Source: Thermoanaerobaculia bacterium
Lineage (GTDB): Bacteria; Acidobacteriota; Thermoanaerobaculia; Gp7-AA8
Assembly (NCBI GenBank): GCA_041750915.1
Contig: JBGSYJ010000069.1
Span: 4,946-68,945 of the forward strand
Length of the DNA stretch: 64,000 nt
Direction: 5' to 3'
In this document: positions 39,247-49,589 of the stretch, in pieces
Layout: each line of letters begins with the position of its first letter
Position numbering within the stretch: the stretch's first letter is position 1
Position numbers and translations under genes: made by a program
Notes under the pieces: model-generated
Database searches by the model: none
What the model was told of the DNA's origin: nothing
Seen by the model: the letters and a program-made list of their open reading frames with translations, nothing else

Positions 39247-40997
39247 CCCGACGGCACCTCGATCACCGTGCGCCAGATCGAACCGACCGGCGCTGCCTCG
39301 AGGCTCCATCTTCCGGGAAAGCTCTCCTCGAGACGCGTGCGGATGTAGCGGTGCCCCAGTCCCTCGCCCCGCCTGCCGGCCTCGGTGCGGAGCGGCGTCT
39401 CCAGGGTGTATCGGTCGACGCCGCCCGAGCAGGCCCGGCGAAGCGTGAACGTCACGAGCTCTCCCTCGTAGCGGTTGTGCGTGATCGCATTCTCGAGGAG
39501 CGTGTGAAATGTTGCGGGCGGGACGCTCGCGTCGAGGTCGATGCCTTCCGTCGCCAGCTCGAACTTCGTTCCTTTCCGGCACGCCATCACTTCGAGATGC
39601 GAGCGGCACAGCTCGAGCTCGCGCCGGACGGAGATCAGCTTCTCGTTCGCGAATTCGCCGAGGATCCTCAGCTCGTCGGCGAGCGCCTGAAGGAACCGCA
39701 GGCCGGCGGGCGGATCTTCCTCGAGCCACTCCATCACGGCGGTGAGGGTGTTCATGAGAAAGTGCGGCTGAATCGACTTCCGCAGCAGCTCGATCTCCAG
39801 TCGCGCCGCGCGCAGAAGAGCGCTCTCGTGCTCACGTTTCTGCCGTTTCATTCCGATCGCCATCGAGACGAGGAGCGATGCGACCAGGACGGCGAAGGCG
39901 ATGAAGAAGGTGGAGTCACTGAATCCGTATCCTCCCCTCGCGAGAGAGACGGTGAGTGCGCCGAGCCCGATCGCGGGCGGAAAGACTTCGGAGCGCCGCG
40001 CGAGGACTGCTTCGACGATCGCCGCTGATGAGATCACGATCGAGGCAGTGAACATCAGCAGGCACCGCACGTCGAATCCGCCGCCGAGGAGGAGACACGC
40101 GACGAGAATCGCCGCGGATGCCGCGCCCCAGAGTTTCCGATGCGGGATCCGAAGATCCGTCACGAAGAAAAACGGCAGGAGCCATGCGACGGCGAACGTG
40201 AGCGTCGCGATGACGTTCAGCCGGATGAACTGCAGGTCCCATGTGATGCCGAAGACCCACCGCCACATCTCGGCGAGCACGAGGAGAGCGGACGCGAAGC
40301 AAAGGACTGCGAACAGTGCGTCGCGCTCGCGGCGCGTGGCAAGCCAGATCGAGAAAAAGTACGCGCCGACGACGAAGAAGACGCCGAGGCCGGCGGTGGG
40401 GACGAGCTGCGACCGGATCCTCGAGCGGATCATCGGCACCGTCTCTCCGATTGCGATTGCGTGAAAGAAGCCGTCGAGCTGAGGGACGCCGGGAGAAGCG
40501 CGGATCACAAGTGTGTGTGGCCCGGGCATAGCCATGCCAGGGTCGATCGCGTAGAAGTTGTCGAGAGGTCCGGCGGCCATCGCTCTGCCATCCGGGCCGA
40601 TCGTTCCATTCCTTCCGATGAGCGCTCCGTCCCAGTACACCTCGTGAGCGGCGAGCAGGGAGACATAGATCGCGAGCGATGCGTTCTCCGCCGGGACCAC
40701 AATCTCAACGGTCTTCCTGATCCAGATCGTCGGAACTGAGGGAAGGTCGTACAGGAGCCTCTCGGTCCATCCCGCGCTGTCGTCTTCGATCACCCAGGAA
40801 GGGTCGTCTCCAATCTTCACCTCGCCGAAGTCGTACGCGGTTGCCGTTCCCTCGAAGCGATCGGAGATCGCTCTGTACGGAAAATCCTGCGCGGCCCAGA
40901 TAGCGACAGCAAGGATGACGAGGTAGAGCGGAAGGCGCCAGCGCACCACCCGATTGTGCGCCCGGCTCGCTCTTCGCGCAACGGCTGAGACGTTCAC
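39243..40997 (-). CDS. LytS-type sensor histidine kinase with a 7TMR-DISM N-terminal sensor
   Basis: Periplasmic 7TMR-DISM-like region plus seven transmembrane helices, then His_kinase (IQPHFLMNTL) and the HATPase. Confidence 0.8.
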   Translation of the reverse strand: MNVSAVARRASRAHNRVVRWRLPLYLVILAVAIWAAQDFPYRAISDRFEGTATAYDFGEVKIGDDPSWVIEDDSAGWTERLLYDLPSVPTIWIRKTVEIVVPAENASLAIYVSLLAAHEVYWDGALIGRNGTIGPDGRAMAAGPLDNFYAIDPGMAMPGPHTLVIRASPGVPQLDGFFHAIAIGETVPMIRSRIRSQLVPTAGLGVFFVVGAYFFSIWLATRRERDALFAVLCFASALLVLAEMWRWVFGITWDLQFIRLNVIATLTFAVAWLLPFFFVTDLRIPHRKLWGAASAAILVACLLLGGGFDVRCLLMFTASIVISSAAIVEAVLARRSEVFPPAIGLGALTVSLARGGYGFSDSTFFIAFAVLVASLLVSMAIGMKRQKREHESALLRAARLEIELLRKSIQPHFLMNTLTAVMEWLEEDPPAGLRFLQALADELRILGEFANEKLISVRRELELCRSHLEVMACRKGTKFELATEGIDLDASVPPATFHTLLENAITHNRYEGELVTFTLRRACSGGVDRYTLETPLRTEAGRRGEGLGHRYIRTRLEESFPGRWSLEAAPVGSIWRTVIEVPSG

Positions 40998-41063
40998 TGC
41001 TTTTGCGAGATGTTCACTCGTTGGGAGTGGCGCGATCCTCGTCCGTTTTGGAGAATGACATTC

Positions 41064-42365
41064 ATGAAGAGACTCGCCATTCTCCTGTCCGCCTCACTTC
41101 TCGCCACCTCCGCCGTTCACCCGGCCGACCCGCCGCTCGCGCCGCGGATCGACGCATATCTGCGGCCCTACATCGACCAGAACGCATTCAGCGGAGTCGT
41201 TTTCGTCGCGAAGGGCGATGAGGTATTGTTCGAGAAGGCCTACGGGATGGCGAACTACGAGTTCGGCGTGCCGAACCGGCCCGACACGAGATTCGCGATC
41301 GCCTCGATCACCAAGCGTTTCACCGGCATCATCCTGCTGAAGCTCATCGCGGCTGAGAAGCTGGCACTTGACGACAAACTGTCGAAGTGGGCTCCAGATT
41401 TTCCATCAGCCGAGAAGATCACGGTGGAGCACCTCGCGAGACACCGCTCGGGTGTGCGTGACCCGGATGATCTCCGCCGGCTCATCCGGATGAATCACTC
41501 CGCCGCAGCCGTCGTCGATCACCTGAAGGAGAAGCCCCTCGGCAGCGAGCCGGGCGAGACGTATTCGTATACGACGGCCAACTACGCAATCCTCGGGCAC
41601 ATCATCGAGAGGGTGACGGGAAAGAGCTTCGACCAGGTCGTGCATCAGTACGTGTACGAGCCGGCAGGAATGAAGGACTCTGGGGAGCTCACGACGACGA
41701 CTGTCGTGCCGCGGCTCGCGACCGGCTATATGCCCGACCCATATGGCCGCGGCATTTCGGTTTGCGGGCCGGAGGATACTTCATGGAAGATCGCAGGCGG
41801 CTCGTCGTACTCGACCGCTCGCGACCTTCACCGGTTTGCGCGCGCCTTCTACCGCGCCAAGCTCGGCGTCGACCCCGCGGAGCTCGGGGGAACCTCGGAG
41901 GTCCACGGCCGACAGGCGTACTCATCGAACGGGAGCTTTCCGGGCGCCGGTGCGAACCTCCTCTACTTCCCCGAGGAAGAAGTCACACTGGTCGTTCTGA
42001 CGAACAACTACGCGACGATCGCACAGACAGCCACGCGCGACATCGCCGGAACGTACTTCGGCGAGAAAGTAGCCGATCCGACCGTGAAGCTCGCGAGCAA
42101 GCCGGCGCCGATGGACCCGAGAGTCTTCGGCGCGTACGAAGTCGAAGGGCGGACGTGGACGTTTACGATCGCGCTGGAGCAGGGCGCTCCCGTGCTCTCG
42201 TACAACGCGATGCGCAAGAGCGCTCTCCGGCGGATCGACGGCGACACCTGGTTCTCGCCGCTGGACTGGGCGAAATTCCGCCTGCGCTTCGACGAAGCGG
42301 GTCAATTCGAAGGGGCGATGATTCTGCCCGGAGACGATGAGGGTCTGAAGCTGATACGCAGGTAG
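41064..42365 (+). CDS. Beta-lactamase/penicillin-binding-protein family serine hydrolase (class C-like)
   Basis: Signal peptide and the ASITK (SxxK) motif. Confidence 0.8.
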   Translation: MKRLAILLSASLLATSAVHPADPPLAPRIDAYLRPYIDQNAFSGVVFVAKGDEVLFEKAYGMANYEFGVPNRPDTRFAIASITKRFTGIILLKLIAAEKLALDDKLSKWAPDFPSAEKITVEHLARHRSGVRDPDDLRRLIRMNHSAAAVVDHLKEKPLGSEPGETYSYTTANYAILGHIIERVTGKSFDQVVHQYVYEPAGMKDSGELTTTTVVPRLATGYMPDPYGRGISVCGPEDTSWKIAGGSSYSTARDLHRFARAFYRAKLGVDPAELGGTSEVHGRQAYSSNGSFPGAGANLLYFPEEEVTLVVLTNNYATIAQTATRDIAGTYFGEKVADPTVKLASKPAPMDPRVFGAYEVEGRTWTFTIALEQGAPVLSYNAMRKSALRRIDGDTWFSPLDWAKFRLRFDEAGQFEGAMILPGDDEGLKLIRR

Positions 42366-42559
42366 AGTCGAAAAAGTACGACTCCTGAAGTCCGCACCGA
42401 CGTCCAAGGCGCCCGTCGATCTCGATCCTTCTCCCCGTTCGCACGGGGAGGGAATGCGCGCAGCGCATGTTCGTCCTGTGAACTCCTACTGGAGTAGTTG
42501 ACAATCCTTCCCTGAAACCCTATCTTGTGAATCGTCGTACTACACGAGTAGGAGCTGCG

Positions 42560-42949
42560 ATGGCCATACAGCCGAGGCTTGGAGAGCGGGAGCTCGATAT
42601 CATGCAGGTGCTCTGGGATACGGGAGGCGGAACCGTTTCGGATGTGCACGATCTGCTTCTGACCCGTCGAGGGAGTGTCGCTTATACGACAGTGCAGACG
42701 ATGCTCAACCGGCTCGAGGAGAAAGGGCACGTGCGGCGGGAGAAGGTCGGGCGTGCTTACTCGTACAAGCCGGTGATGAAGGAGCCGGCGGCGGCGAAAG
42801 TCGCCGTGAGGCGTGTGATCGATCGCTTTTTCGGGGGAGATCCGGCCGCGCTCGCGACTCACCTGGTTCAGGGTTCCGTTTCGGAGCGCGATCTCGTCCG
42901 CATCGAGGAGCTCATTGCATCGAGACGGGAAGCGGAGAAGAAGCGATGA
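42560..42949 (+). CDS. BlaI/MecI/CopY-family transcriptional repressor
   Basis: ELDIMQVLWDTGGGTVSDVHDLLL...YTTVQTMLNRLEEKGHV is a Penicillinase_R winged helix. Confidence 0.85.
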   Translation: MAIQPRLGERELDIMQVLWDTGGGTVSDVHDLLLTRRGSVAYTTVQTMLNRLEEKGHVRREKVGRAYSYKPVMKEPAAAKVAVRRVIDRFFGGDPAALATHLVQGSVSERDLVRIEELIASRREAEKKR

Positions 42950-44307
42950 GTGCTCTTCCTGCTCTCGCCGCCAATCTCTGGCTCGCAGGCGTTCCGGTGC
43001 TGCTCATCACAGCTGCCTCACTTGCGCTACTTCACAGAGCTCCGGCGCGGCTGCGTTATCTCGCGGCGCTCGCCGGATTCGTCGCCGCGATCGTCGTGCC
43101 GGTTCTGCTGACACGGGAGGCCGCTCCCATTGTCGTGAACGCCGCGGTGCCGGCGACCGCGACCGAATCGTTCGACTCTGCGCTCCTCGTCATTGGGCTC
43201 TGGTTTGCCGGCGCGCTTTTTCTGATTGGACGCGACGTGAGCGCGTATCGGCATCTGCGTCGCGAGGAGCAGGAGTGGATTCCGGCGGGTGAGCTAGGTG
43301 TGGACCCGTCGAAGTTCAGTGTCGTTCTGTCCGTCGGGGGAGCGCCGCGTACGCACGGCCTCCTGCGGCCCGTGATCGTGCTGCCGGAGGAATTGGTGCA
43401 TGCGGAAGCGGAGCTCGTGAGGCTAGTCCTCGCGCATGAGGAGTCGCATGCGCGCTGGCGCGATCCGATGATTCATTCCGCCATCCGCCTCGTGCGGTCG
43501 TTGCTGTGGTTCGCGCTGCCGCTGTGGCTCGCCGAGCGCCTCGTGATCCGGGAACGGGAGGCGGCGGCGGATGAAGCAGCGGTGGCAGCTGAAACGGGTG
43601 AGACGCGATCGCGGTACGCCGAGGCGCTGATCCGGTTCTGCCGCCTCGCTCCACGTCGATCCGCGCTCGCCGTGCAGCTCGGCGCGGCCGCAGATCTCGA
43701 GTACCGCGTGCGGCGGATTCTGCGCGCGTCGACGCGCGCAGGTTCTCTCGCAAGCGCTGTTGGTCTCCTCGGCGCAGGATTCTTTCTCTTCGCGTTCACG
43801 CCGCTGGCGGAGGTTCCTGCGGAAGTCGTCGTCGAGGTTGCAGACGTGCGGGCCGTTCAGAAGCTGGATAACGTGAAGGGTACGAGTGAAGTGCATGCGG
43901 TGATCCGTACAGAGTTCGAGAGTGCCATTGAGAAGAAGATTCGAGCCACGACGTCACGCGCGACTGGTTCGGCGAAGATCGACGACCCGGATGTTGTGGC
44001 GGTTGCGACGGTTGAGGCCATCGCATCCGATAACCCTGTTGCCGAAGGGGCTCCCTCACCCCTGACCCCTCTCCCGCCGGGAGAGGGGAAAGAGATTGCG
44101 CCTATCGTCGCTCCTGAGATCGACGATGAAGTGATCGTGATTCGTGACGTTCACAGGCATCGGCATGTGGATCGCCGCGACGGGAAACGGGGCGAAGAAG
44201 AAATCGCGAACGATACGGGGCGGAGCAGGCATCCGGTCGCACTCTTTCACCGCGGGGTGACCTCGCCCATCAAGCGATTCGTACGGCGGGTGAGGGGATC
44301 GTCGTGA
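42946..44307 (+). CDS. BlaR1-like M56 peptidase signal transducer without a recognisable C-terminal sensor domain
   Basis: Four-TM M56 domain with VLAHEESHARWRDP (HExxH). The C-terminal ~150 aa are low-complexity and include a translated copy of the 36-bp repeat (44056-44091, PSPLTPLPPGEG). Confidence 0.8.
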   Translation: MSALPALAANLWLAGVPVLLITAASLALLHRAPARLRYLAALAGFVAAIVVPVLLTREAAPIVVNAAVPATATESFDSALLVIGLWFAGALFLIGRDVSAYRHLRREEQEWIPAGELGVDPSKFSVVLSVGGAPRTHGLLRPVIVLPEELVHAEAELVRLVLAHEESHARWRDPMIHSAIRLVRSLLWFALPLWLAERLVIREREAAADEAAVAAETGETRSRYAEALIRFCRLAPRRSALAVQLGAAADLEYRVRRILRASTRAGSLASAVGLLGAGFFLFAFTPLAEVPAEVVVEVADVRAVQKLDNVKGTSEVHAVIRTEFESAIEKKIRATTSRATGSAKIDDPDVVAVATVEAIASDNPVAEGAPSPLTPLPPGEGKEIAPIVAPEIDDEVIVIRDVHRHRHVDRRDGKRGEEEIANDTGRSRHPVALFHRGVTSPIKRFVRRVRGSS

Positions 44308-44326
44308 TGTGATCGAATCGAGGGAG

Positions 44327-44355
44327 GGGATCCTTCGCTTCGCTCAGGATGACAC
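44327..44355. repeat. Half copy of the type I element
   Basis: GGGGATCCTTCGCTTCGCTCAGGATGACAC. Confidence 0.4.
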
Positions 44356-44461
44356 GAAGGTTTACCGCGCTGTGCGCGACGTCTTCTGATTCCAGTTTCA
44401 CAATCATTCATCAATCCATCAATCGACGAAATCCGGCCACCGCCGGGTAAAGGGGAGAACT

Positions 44462-45925
44462 ATGCGTTCGATACTCATTGCACTGTCACTCTTGATCGCC
44501 TCTGTCGCGGAAGCGCAGACGATGCCGGCATTTCGCATCGAGCCGTACAAGGTCACGCTGGGCGGGAGTGAGGTCGACGCCGAGAGAGGAACGCTCATCG
44601 TGCCTCAGAATCGTGAGAAGAAGGATTCCGGCACGCTCGAGCTTCACTTCGTTCGCATACGGGGAACGAATCCGAAGGGGACGCCCGTAATGTATCTGCC
44701 CGGCGGTCCGGGCGGCTCCGCGACAGGGTTGCTGCGTTTTCCCGGAGCTGCGGACATTGTTTCCGCGTTCCGCAGCACGGGCGACTTCATCCTGCTCGAT
44801 CAGCGCGGGACGGGACAGTCGAAACCAATCCCGTCATGTCCTCCGGCAGGAGAGCCGCCGCTCACTGCATTCTCAGACACCGACGCGCTGCTGAAGGGGA
44901 TGATCGATGCGACGTCGCGGTGTGCGGACGAATGGCGCGCGAAGGGAGTCGACATCAGCGGCTTCAACAGCCGCGAGGCCGCCGATGACATCGATGCGCT
45001 CCGTCGCTCCCTCGGCGAGGAGAAGCTCAGCATCGTCGGCTTCAGCTACGGAACGCACCTCGCGCTCGCGACACTTCGGCGACATCGTGAACATCTCGAG
45101 CGCGTCGTTCTGATCGGGACGGAGGGTCCCGACCACACGCAGAAGCTGCCATCGACGCTCGACATGCAGCTTCGCAAGATCTCGGCACTCGCTTCGCAGG
45201 ATCCGGCGATCAATCGCGACGTTCCTGACATGCTCGCACTCCTGCAGCGGGTGCTGAAGAAGCTCGAGGCGAATCCGGTGGAAGTCACGGTTCGGCATCC
45301 GAAAACGGGGGAGGAGCACAAGATTGCTGTCAGCGCCGATGGTCTGCGGAAGATCCTTCGATACGATGTGGGAGACGGAAACGACTTCCCGGTTTTCCCG
45401 GCAATGTTGCTCGAGCTCGAGCGTGGAGGATCTTCGATTCTCGCCGGCTATGTGCTCAAGCGCATGGGTGGTGTGGCGGGTGGCATCGGGCTGATGCCGA
45501 TTGTCACCGACTGTGCCTCAGGCGTATCCGCGCGGAGACTGGCGCAGATCCGTTCCGAGGAGAGCAGCTCGATCCTCGGACGATTCACGAATGATCCATT
45601 TCCCGATATCTGCCGGGCGGTCGGGAGCCCTGACCTCGGGGACGATTACCGCAGTCCGATCGTCAGCGACGTGCCGGTGCTGTTCATCAGCGGAACACTC
45701 GACAGCAACACGCCGCCGTTTCAGGCGGAGGAAGTGCGGTGGGGCCTCACGCGCGCGACGCATATCATCGTCGACAACGCCGGACACGAGGATACGTTCA
45801 TGAACCGCGATGTCGGACGGGCCATCATGGAGTTTCTGCGTGGAGGCGACGTCTCCGGGCGCGCGATCGCGTTGCCGAGGCCGAAGTTCCTGTCGATCGA
45901 GGCGGCGAAGACGTTCCGGCCGTGA
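44462..45925 (+). CDS. Secreted alpha/beta-hydrolase (S33/TAP-like peptidase family)
   Basis: Signal peptide; YLPGGPGGSA; GFSYGTHLA nucleophile elbow. Confidence 0.75.
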   Translation: MRSILIALSLLIASVAEAQTMPAFRIEPYKVTLGGSEVDAERGTLIVPQNREKKDSGTLELHFVRIRGTNPKGTPVMYLPGGPGGSATGLLRFPGAADIVSAFRSTGDFILLDQRGTGQSKPIPSCPPAGEPPLTAFSDTDALLKGMIDATSRCADEWRAKGVDISGFNSREAADDIDALRRSLGEEKLSIVGFSYGTHLALATLRRHREHLERVVLIGTEGPDHTQKLPSTLDMQLRKISALASQDPAINRDVPDMLALLQRVLKKLEANPVEVTVRHPKTGEEHKIAVSADGLRKILRYDVGDGNDFPVFPAMLLELERGGSSILAGYVLKRMGGVAGGIGLMPIVTDCASGVSARRLAQIRSEESSSILGRFTNDPFPDICRAVGSPDLGDDYRSPIVSDVPVLFISGTLDSNTPPFQAEEVRWGLTRATHIIVDNAGHEDTFMNRDVGRAIMEFLRGGDVSGRAIALPRPKFLSIEAAKTFRP

Positions 45926-46009
45926 GCGCTTGGTTCATTTCCCGCGATACGGGTGGTTCGCCATTCTCAAGCTCGGGATGACACTGGTCGCATCAATGAC
46001 ATGGTGCGC

Positions 46010-46297
46010 CTAGCCCTCCGGCGTTTGCATCGAGCGGGTGACGACGAGGTCGCCGATCTCTACGCGGTCGAGTTTCAGAGTGCCAATTTTGAGCGAGTCG
46101 ATCTGTTGTTCGACGATCTTCAGTTTGCGAATCGCGATGACGCCAACGGCGAGGGCGCCGAGGGCGAGGATGCCGAGTGCGGTGGCACCGGCTGCGAGCG
46201 CGCCGGAACTGCTGGCACCGAGGGCCTGGGCGCCGACTGCGACGGAACGGACTTTTACGTGACCGGGGACTACAGAAGGTTCTCGATGCAAGTTCAT
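46010..46297 (-). CDS. Small membrane protein, unknown function
   Basis: GGAGG ribosome-binding site; one transmembrane helix (ALGILALGALAVGVIAI); 95 aa. Confidence 0.45.
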   Translation of the reverse strand: MNLHREPSVVPGHVKVRSVAVGAQALGASSSGALAAGATALGILALGALAVGVIAIRKLKIVEQQIDSLKIGTLKLDRVEIGDLVVTRSMQTPEG

Positions 46298-46440
46298 ACT
46301 CACTCCTCGGGTGTGGATTGTTTCGCAGTGAGGGAAGAATCACAAGACGTGGGGACATTGACAGGTAGCCCGTCCGGTACGCGTTCAGTGTGACGGTGAA
46401 TCTGGGTCACAGAGGATTCCATTGGTTTAAGCTGCGACGG

Positions 46441-46528
46441 TGTCATCCTGAGCGAAGCGAAGGATCCCCTGATTTCTTGCGACAGGCGAGTACTGAGGGG
46501 ATCCTTCGCTTCGCTCAGGATGACACTC
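46441..46528. repeat. Type I palindromic element, copy e
   Basis: Full inverted arms. A direct repeat TAAGCTGC occurs on both flanks (46428-46435 and 46541-46548), which may be a target-site duplication. Confidence 0.7.
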
Positions 46529-46563
46529 GCTCGAGGTGAGCGGGCTAAGCTGCAGGAGGTCGA

Positions 46564-47079
46564 ATGCCCGGTAGGTCCAGAGAATCTGAAATACCGAATG
46601 ATGCAACTCTTGTACGGTCGCTTGGCAGCGTGTTGCTTCTGCTGGCGCTCGGATGTGCGCATGGCGACGGCATAGCCAGGGACACGAGCGAGGATGCCCG
46701 CGCCGCGATCGCCGCGGCGAGCAGGGCATTCTCGGATGCCTACGTGCGGAACGATATGAATACGCTCGGCAACCTTTACACCGCCGACGCCGTTCTGTTG
46801 CCACCGGACCGCGAAATCCGAGGACGGGAAGCGATCATGAAGTATTTCGAGTGGGGTCCGAGGTTCAGGCAGATCGCGCACAGGATGGAGGCCTCCGAGA
46901 TCGTGGTCGAGGGACATATAGCGGTTGACACAGGGCTCTGGCACAGCATGAACGTGCGAGGCGACAATCCGAAAACGACGGCGAGCGGCCGCTACCTGAT
47001 CGTCTGGATTCGCGAGTCCGACGGCGAATGGAGAATGCGCTACGACATGTGGCACCGGGCCTCTGCACCGCAGATGTGA
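46564..47079 (+). CDS. NTF2-like (DUF4440/SnoaL-like) lipoprotein
   Basis: AGGAGG ribosome-binding site; LALGC lipobox; NTF2-like fold motifs. Confidence 0.65.
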   Translation: MPGRSRESEIPNDATLVRSLGSVLLLLALGCAHGDGIARDTSEDARAAIAAASRAFSDAYVRNDMNTLGNLYTADAVLLPPDREIRGREAIMKYFEWGPRFRQIAHRMEASEIVVEGHIAVDTGLWHSMNVRGDNPKTTASGRYLIVWIRESDGEWRMRYDMWHRASAPQM

Positions 47080-47194
47080 CTGGTCCGGTTGCCGGGGGTT
47101 CGTGCGAGTAACGAATCCCACTGCTCGCGCAGCCCCGTCTTTCCGCACAAGTTCTCAATCTGCTGTAGAGTTCGTCGAAACAGGGAGGCCGAAG

Positions 47195-47629
47195 ATGATT
47201 GACGAGTTCCGCGGATTCCTCACCAAGACCAACGCGCTCGCCCTGGCAATCGGCGTCATCATCGGTGGCGCCGTCGGTGCCGTCGTCAGCTCGCTCGCCA
47301 ACGACATCCTGATGCCGATCATCAGCCTCGTTCTACCGGCGGGGGACTGGCGTGAGGCGAAGTACGTGCTTTCCAGCACGACGGACGCCGCGGGAGTAGT
47401 CTCAGAGAGCGCGATTCTCTACGGCCAGTTCGCGGCCGCCGTGCTCGACTTCATCATCATCTCGTTCGTTGTCTTCATCATCGTGAAGCGCCTCGTCAAG
47501 CCGGCGCCTGAACCGGCGACTCCGCAGATGCGAAAGTGTCCCGAGTGTCTCGAGATGATCCCGGAGGAGGCCCGCCGCTGCCGCGCGTGCACGTCAACCA
47601 TCGCACCGGGATCGCAGCCAGCGGTCTGA
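47195..47629 (+). CDS. mscL: Large-conductance mechanosensitive channel with a C-terminal zinc-ribbon tail
   Basis: MIDEFRGFLTKTNALALAIGVIIGGAVGAVVSSLANDILMPIISL is canonical MscL. The C-terminal CPEC...CRAC ribbon is additional. Confidence 0.85.
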   Translation: MIDEFRGFLTKTNALALAIGVIIGGAVGAVVSSLANDILMPIISLVLPAGDWREAKYVLSSTTDAAGVVSESAILYGQFAAAVLDFIIISFVVFIIVKRLVKPAPEPATPQMRKCPECLEMIPEEARRCRACTSTIAPGSQPAV

Positions 47630-47666
47630 CGCCACCAGCGCGTCAACTCAAGACCTGCGCAGGAGC

Positions 47667-47757
47667 AAGTGTCATCCTGAGCGTAGCGAAGGATCCCCAT
47701 ACTATTGGCTGGATCGCAGGGCTTCAGGGGATCCTTCGCTGCGCTCAGGATGACACC
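47667..47757. repeat. Type I palindromic element, copy f
   Basis: Arm, loop and the left flank GCGCAGGAGCAAGTGTCATCC are shared with copy h. Confidence 0.7.
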
Positions 47758-47802
47758 TTGTGGCTCGAGGTGACGCCATTGCGTCCTGAAGCCCTCTCTG
47801 TA

Positions 47803-49515
47803 TCACTCGAACGTCGACGCGTTCGCGACGCGCTTCCATGCGCCGTTGTGCCGCTGATAGATCATGATTCCGGCGTAGACGAAGTTCCGCTCGGTGTCAG
47901 GGCCTTCCGCTGACCGGACTACCCGTCTGACCTTCGTGCGCGACAGTACCCAACCCATCGATCCATCGTCCGAGAGGCGAACGACCGGTTCTTCGAGATT
48001 CTCGTACTCGAGGTACTCGGCGCCGTCGAAGTAGCGCTCGAAGAACCTGCGGACGTCATCACTGCCCGAGCGCTGGATCTTTCCTCCGCTCGCCGATACA
48101 AAGGTTTCGCCCGTCGTGTCGCCGATCCAGGCGGCGTCGCGTTCGAAGTGTGAGCGGATTTCCTCTGCGTGCATCTTCAGCAGCGAGCGCATCGCGTCGT
48201 CGCCCGCGACCTGGTCGTTCGGCGGCAGATCGATCGGCAAACGAAGGATGACTGTGTCTTTCAGTTTCCCGATCGGCCAGATCTTCCCATCAGCGAACGA
48301 TCGCAGCTGGCTCCCGGCGACGTAAACCAGGTCGTTTCCGACGATAGTTCCTGTGAGTGGAAAGTCATAAAGAGGATGGTCCTGCTCGAGGACGGCGAAC
48401 CGGGTCACCCGCGACATGTCGTCACTGAGCCAGGCGCGCACGACGCGGCGCGGATCTGAGCCCTGAACGCCGATGAGGCTCCCTTCGTGAAAATAAAGCC
48501 CGTCGATGGCGCCGAGCGTCGCTCCATGAGGAACGTCGATCAGCGTTCGTTTTTTTGTCGCGATGTCGAAGCCGACGACGCCATCGAAATGCGAGGCGGC
48601 GAAGAGCGTCCTGCCGTCGGGTGTCATCGTGATGCCGTTGAACCAGGAGCCGTCCGGCGGGACAAACTGCTCGACCGACTGCGAGCCTGCACGCAGACGG
48701 AAGAGCCCATCCCCTCCGGCGGTGGCGTAAACATCGCCATTCGGCACGAGAACCAGGTCGTTGAAGCAGAACGGCCGTTCGGCGGAGCCGTGGGGGCCGG
48801 GATATTTCGCGATCAACTTCCCGCTGTCGAGCTCGAATCGGAAGATCGCGGCCTGTCCTTTCGTCGGAATGTGCGGAACTTCCATGGGCGGGCTATCGAT
48901 GTTGCAGGAGTTCGCCCAGAGCTCGCGCCGGGAAGGGTCGATCTTCATCCCCAGCACTCCCCAGAGTCCGTCGCGGCGTGAGGGGATGAAGTCGGACACT
49001 TCGCCGCTGGCTGACACGCGAACGATCTTGCTTTTGTACATGCTGCCGACATAGAAGTTGCCGCCCTTCGCGTCAAGGGCGATGTTTTCGGGGATCAGAT
49101 CCTTCTCGAGGAGAAACTCCGTCTCGCTGCGGATGATGGGCGCGGTCCGCGCGCGCATGAGACCTGCCAGCTTCTGGAACCGCGGATCGCTCCTCACCGT
49201 GTCCCACGCAGCGTCGTGCTCGTCGAATCTCATTCCGAAGTCGGTTGCGGTGGCCAGCTCGCGCAACGCATCGTCGACTCTTCCGGCCCGGACGAGGGCG
49301 CGGGAGAGTGCCAGTCGCGTCGATACGGTGCGGGGGAGAACGTTAAGGACCCGCCGGTAGAGATCCGCAGCTTCGATGAAGCGGCCTTGTTCGTACTCTT
49401 TGCCCGCGCGCTGTGACAGCTCGATGGGGTTCTCGGTCGCTGGTTTCTCCTCGCCCGTTGCGGCGGGGGTAAAGGCCGTGACGAGTACGAGTGAAACGAG
49501 CAGAGTGCGCAGCAT
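47803..49515 (-). CDS. Secreted protein with TPR repeats, a beta-propeller (SMP-30/gluconolactonase- or NHL-like) and a C-terminal NTF2-like domain
   Basis: Signal peptide; TPR in the first ~100 aa; a repetitive propeller-like middle; the C-terminal 130 aa are homologous to the 46564 gene product. Confidence 0.7.
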   Translation of the reverse strand: MLRTLLVSLVLVTAFTPAATGEEKPATENPIELSQRAGKEYEQGRFIEAADLYRRVLNVLPRTVSTRLALSRALVRAGRVDDALRELATATDFGMRFDEHDAAWDTVRSDPRFQKLAGLMRARTAPIIRSETEFLLEKDLIPENIALDAKGGNFYVGSMYKSKIVRVSASGEVSDFIPSRRDGLWGVLGMKIDPSRRELWANSCNIDSPPMEVPHIPTKGQAAIFRFELDSGKLIAKYPGPHGSAERPFCFNDLVLVPNGDVYATAGGDGLFRLRAGSQSVEQFVPPDGSWFNGITMTPDGRTLFAASHFDGVVGFDIATKKRTLIDVPHGATLGAIDGLYFHEGSLIGVQGSDPRRVVRAWLSDDMSRVTRFAVLEQDHPLYDFPLTGTIVGNDLVYVAGSQLRSFADGKIWPIGKLKDTVILRLPIDLPPNDQVAGDDAMRSLLKMHAEEIRSHFERDAAWIGDTTGETFVSASGGKIQRSGSDDVRRFFERYFDGAEYLEYENLEEPVVRLSDDGSMGWVLSRTKVRRVVRSAEGPDTERNFVYAGIMIYQRHNGAWKRVANASTFE

Positions 49516-49589
49516 GATCCCTCCGTTGATTCAGGTGTGGCGTTTGTTGTAACGCACGTCCGCCGGTCGCGGGAAGGGGGTTCACCGTT

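Noticed and set aside
42946-44307. Annotating the M56 protein as a bona fide beta-lactam sensor BlaR1
   Set aside because: The N-terminal M56 protease domain is clear, but the C-terminal region has no penicillin-binding motifs (SxxK/SxN/KTG) that I could find. I kept it as BlaR1-like only.
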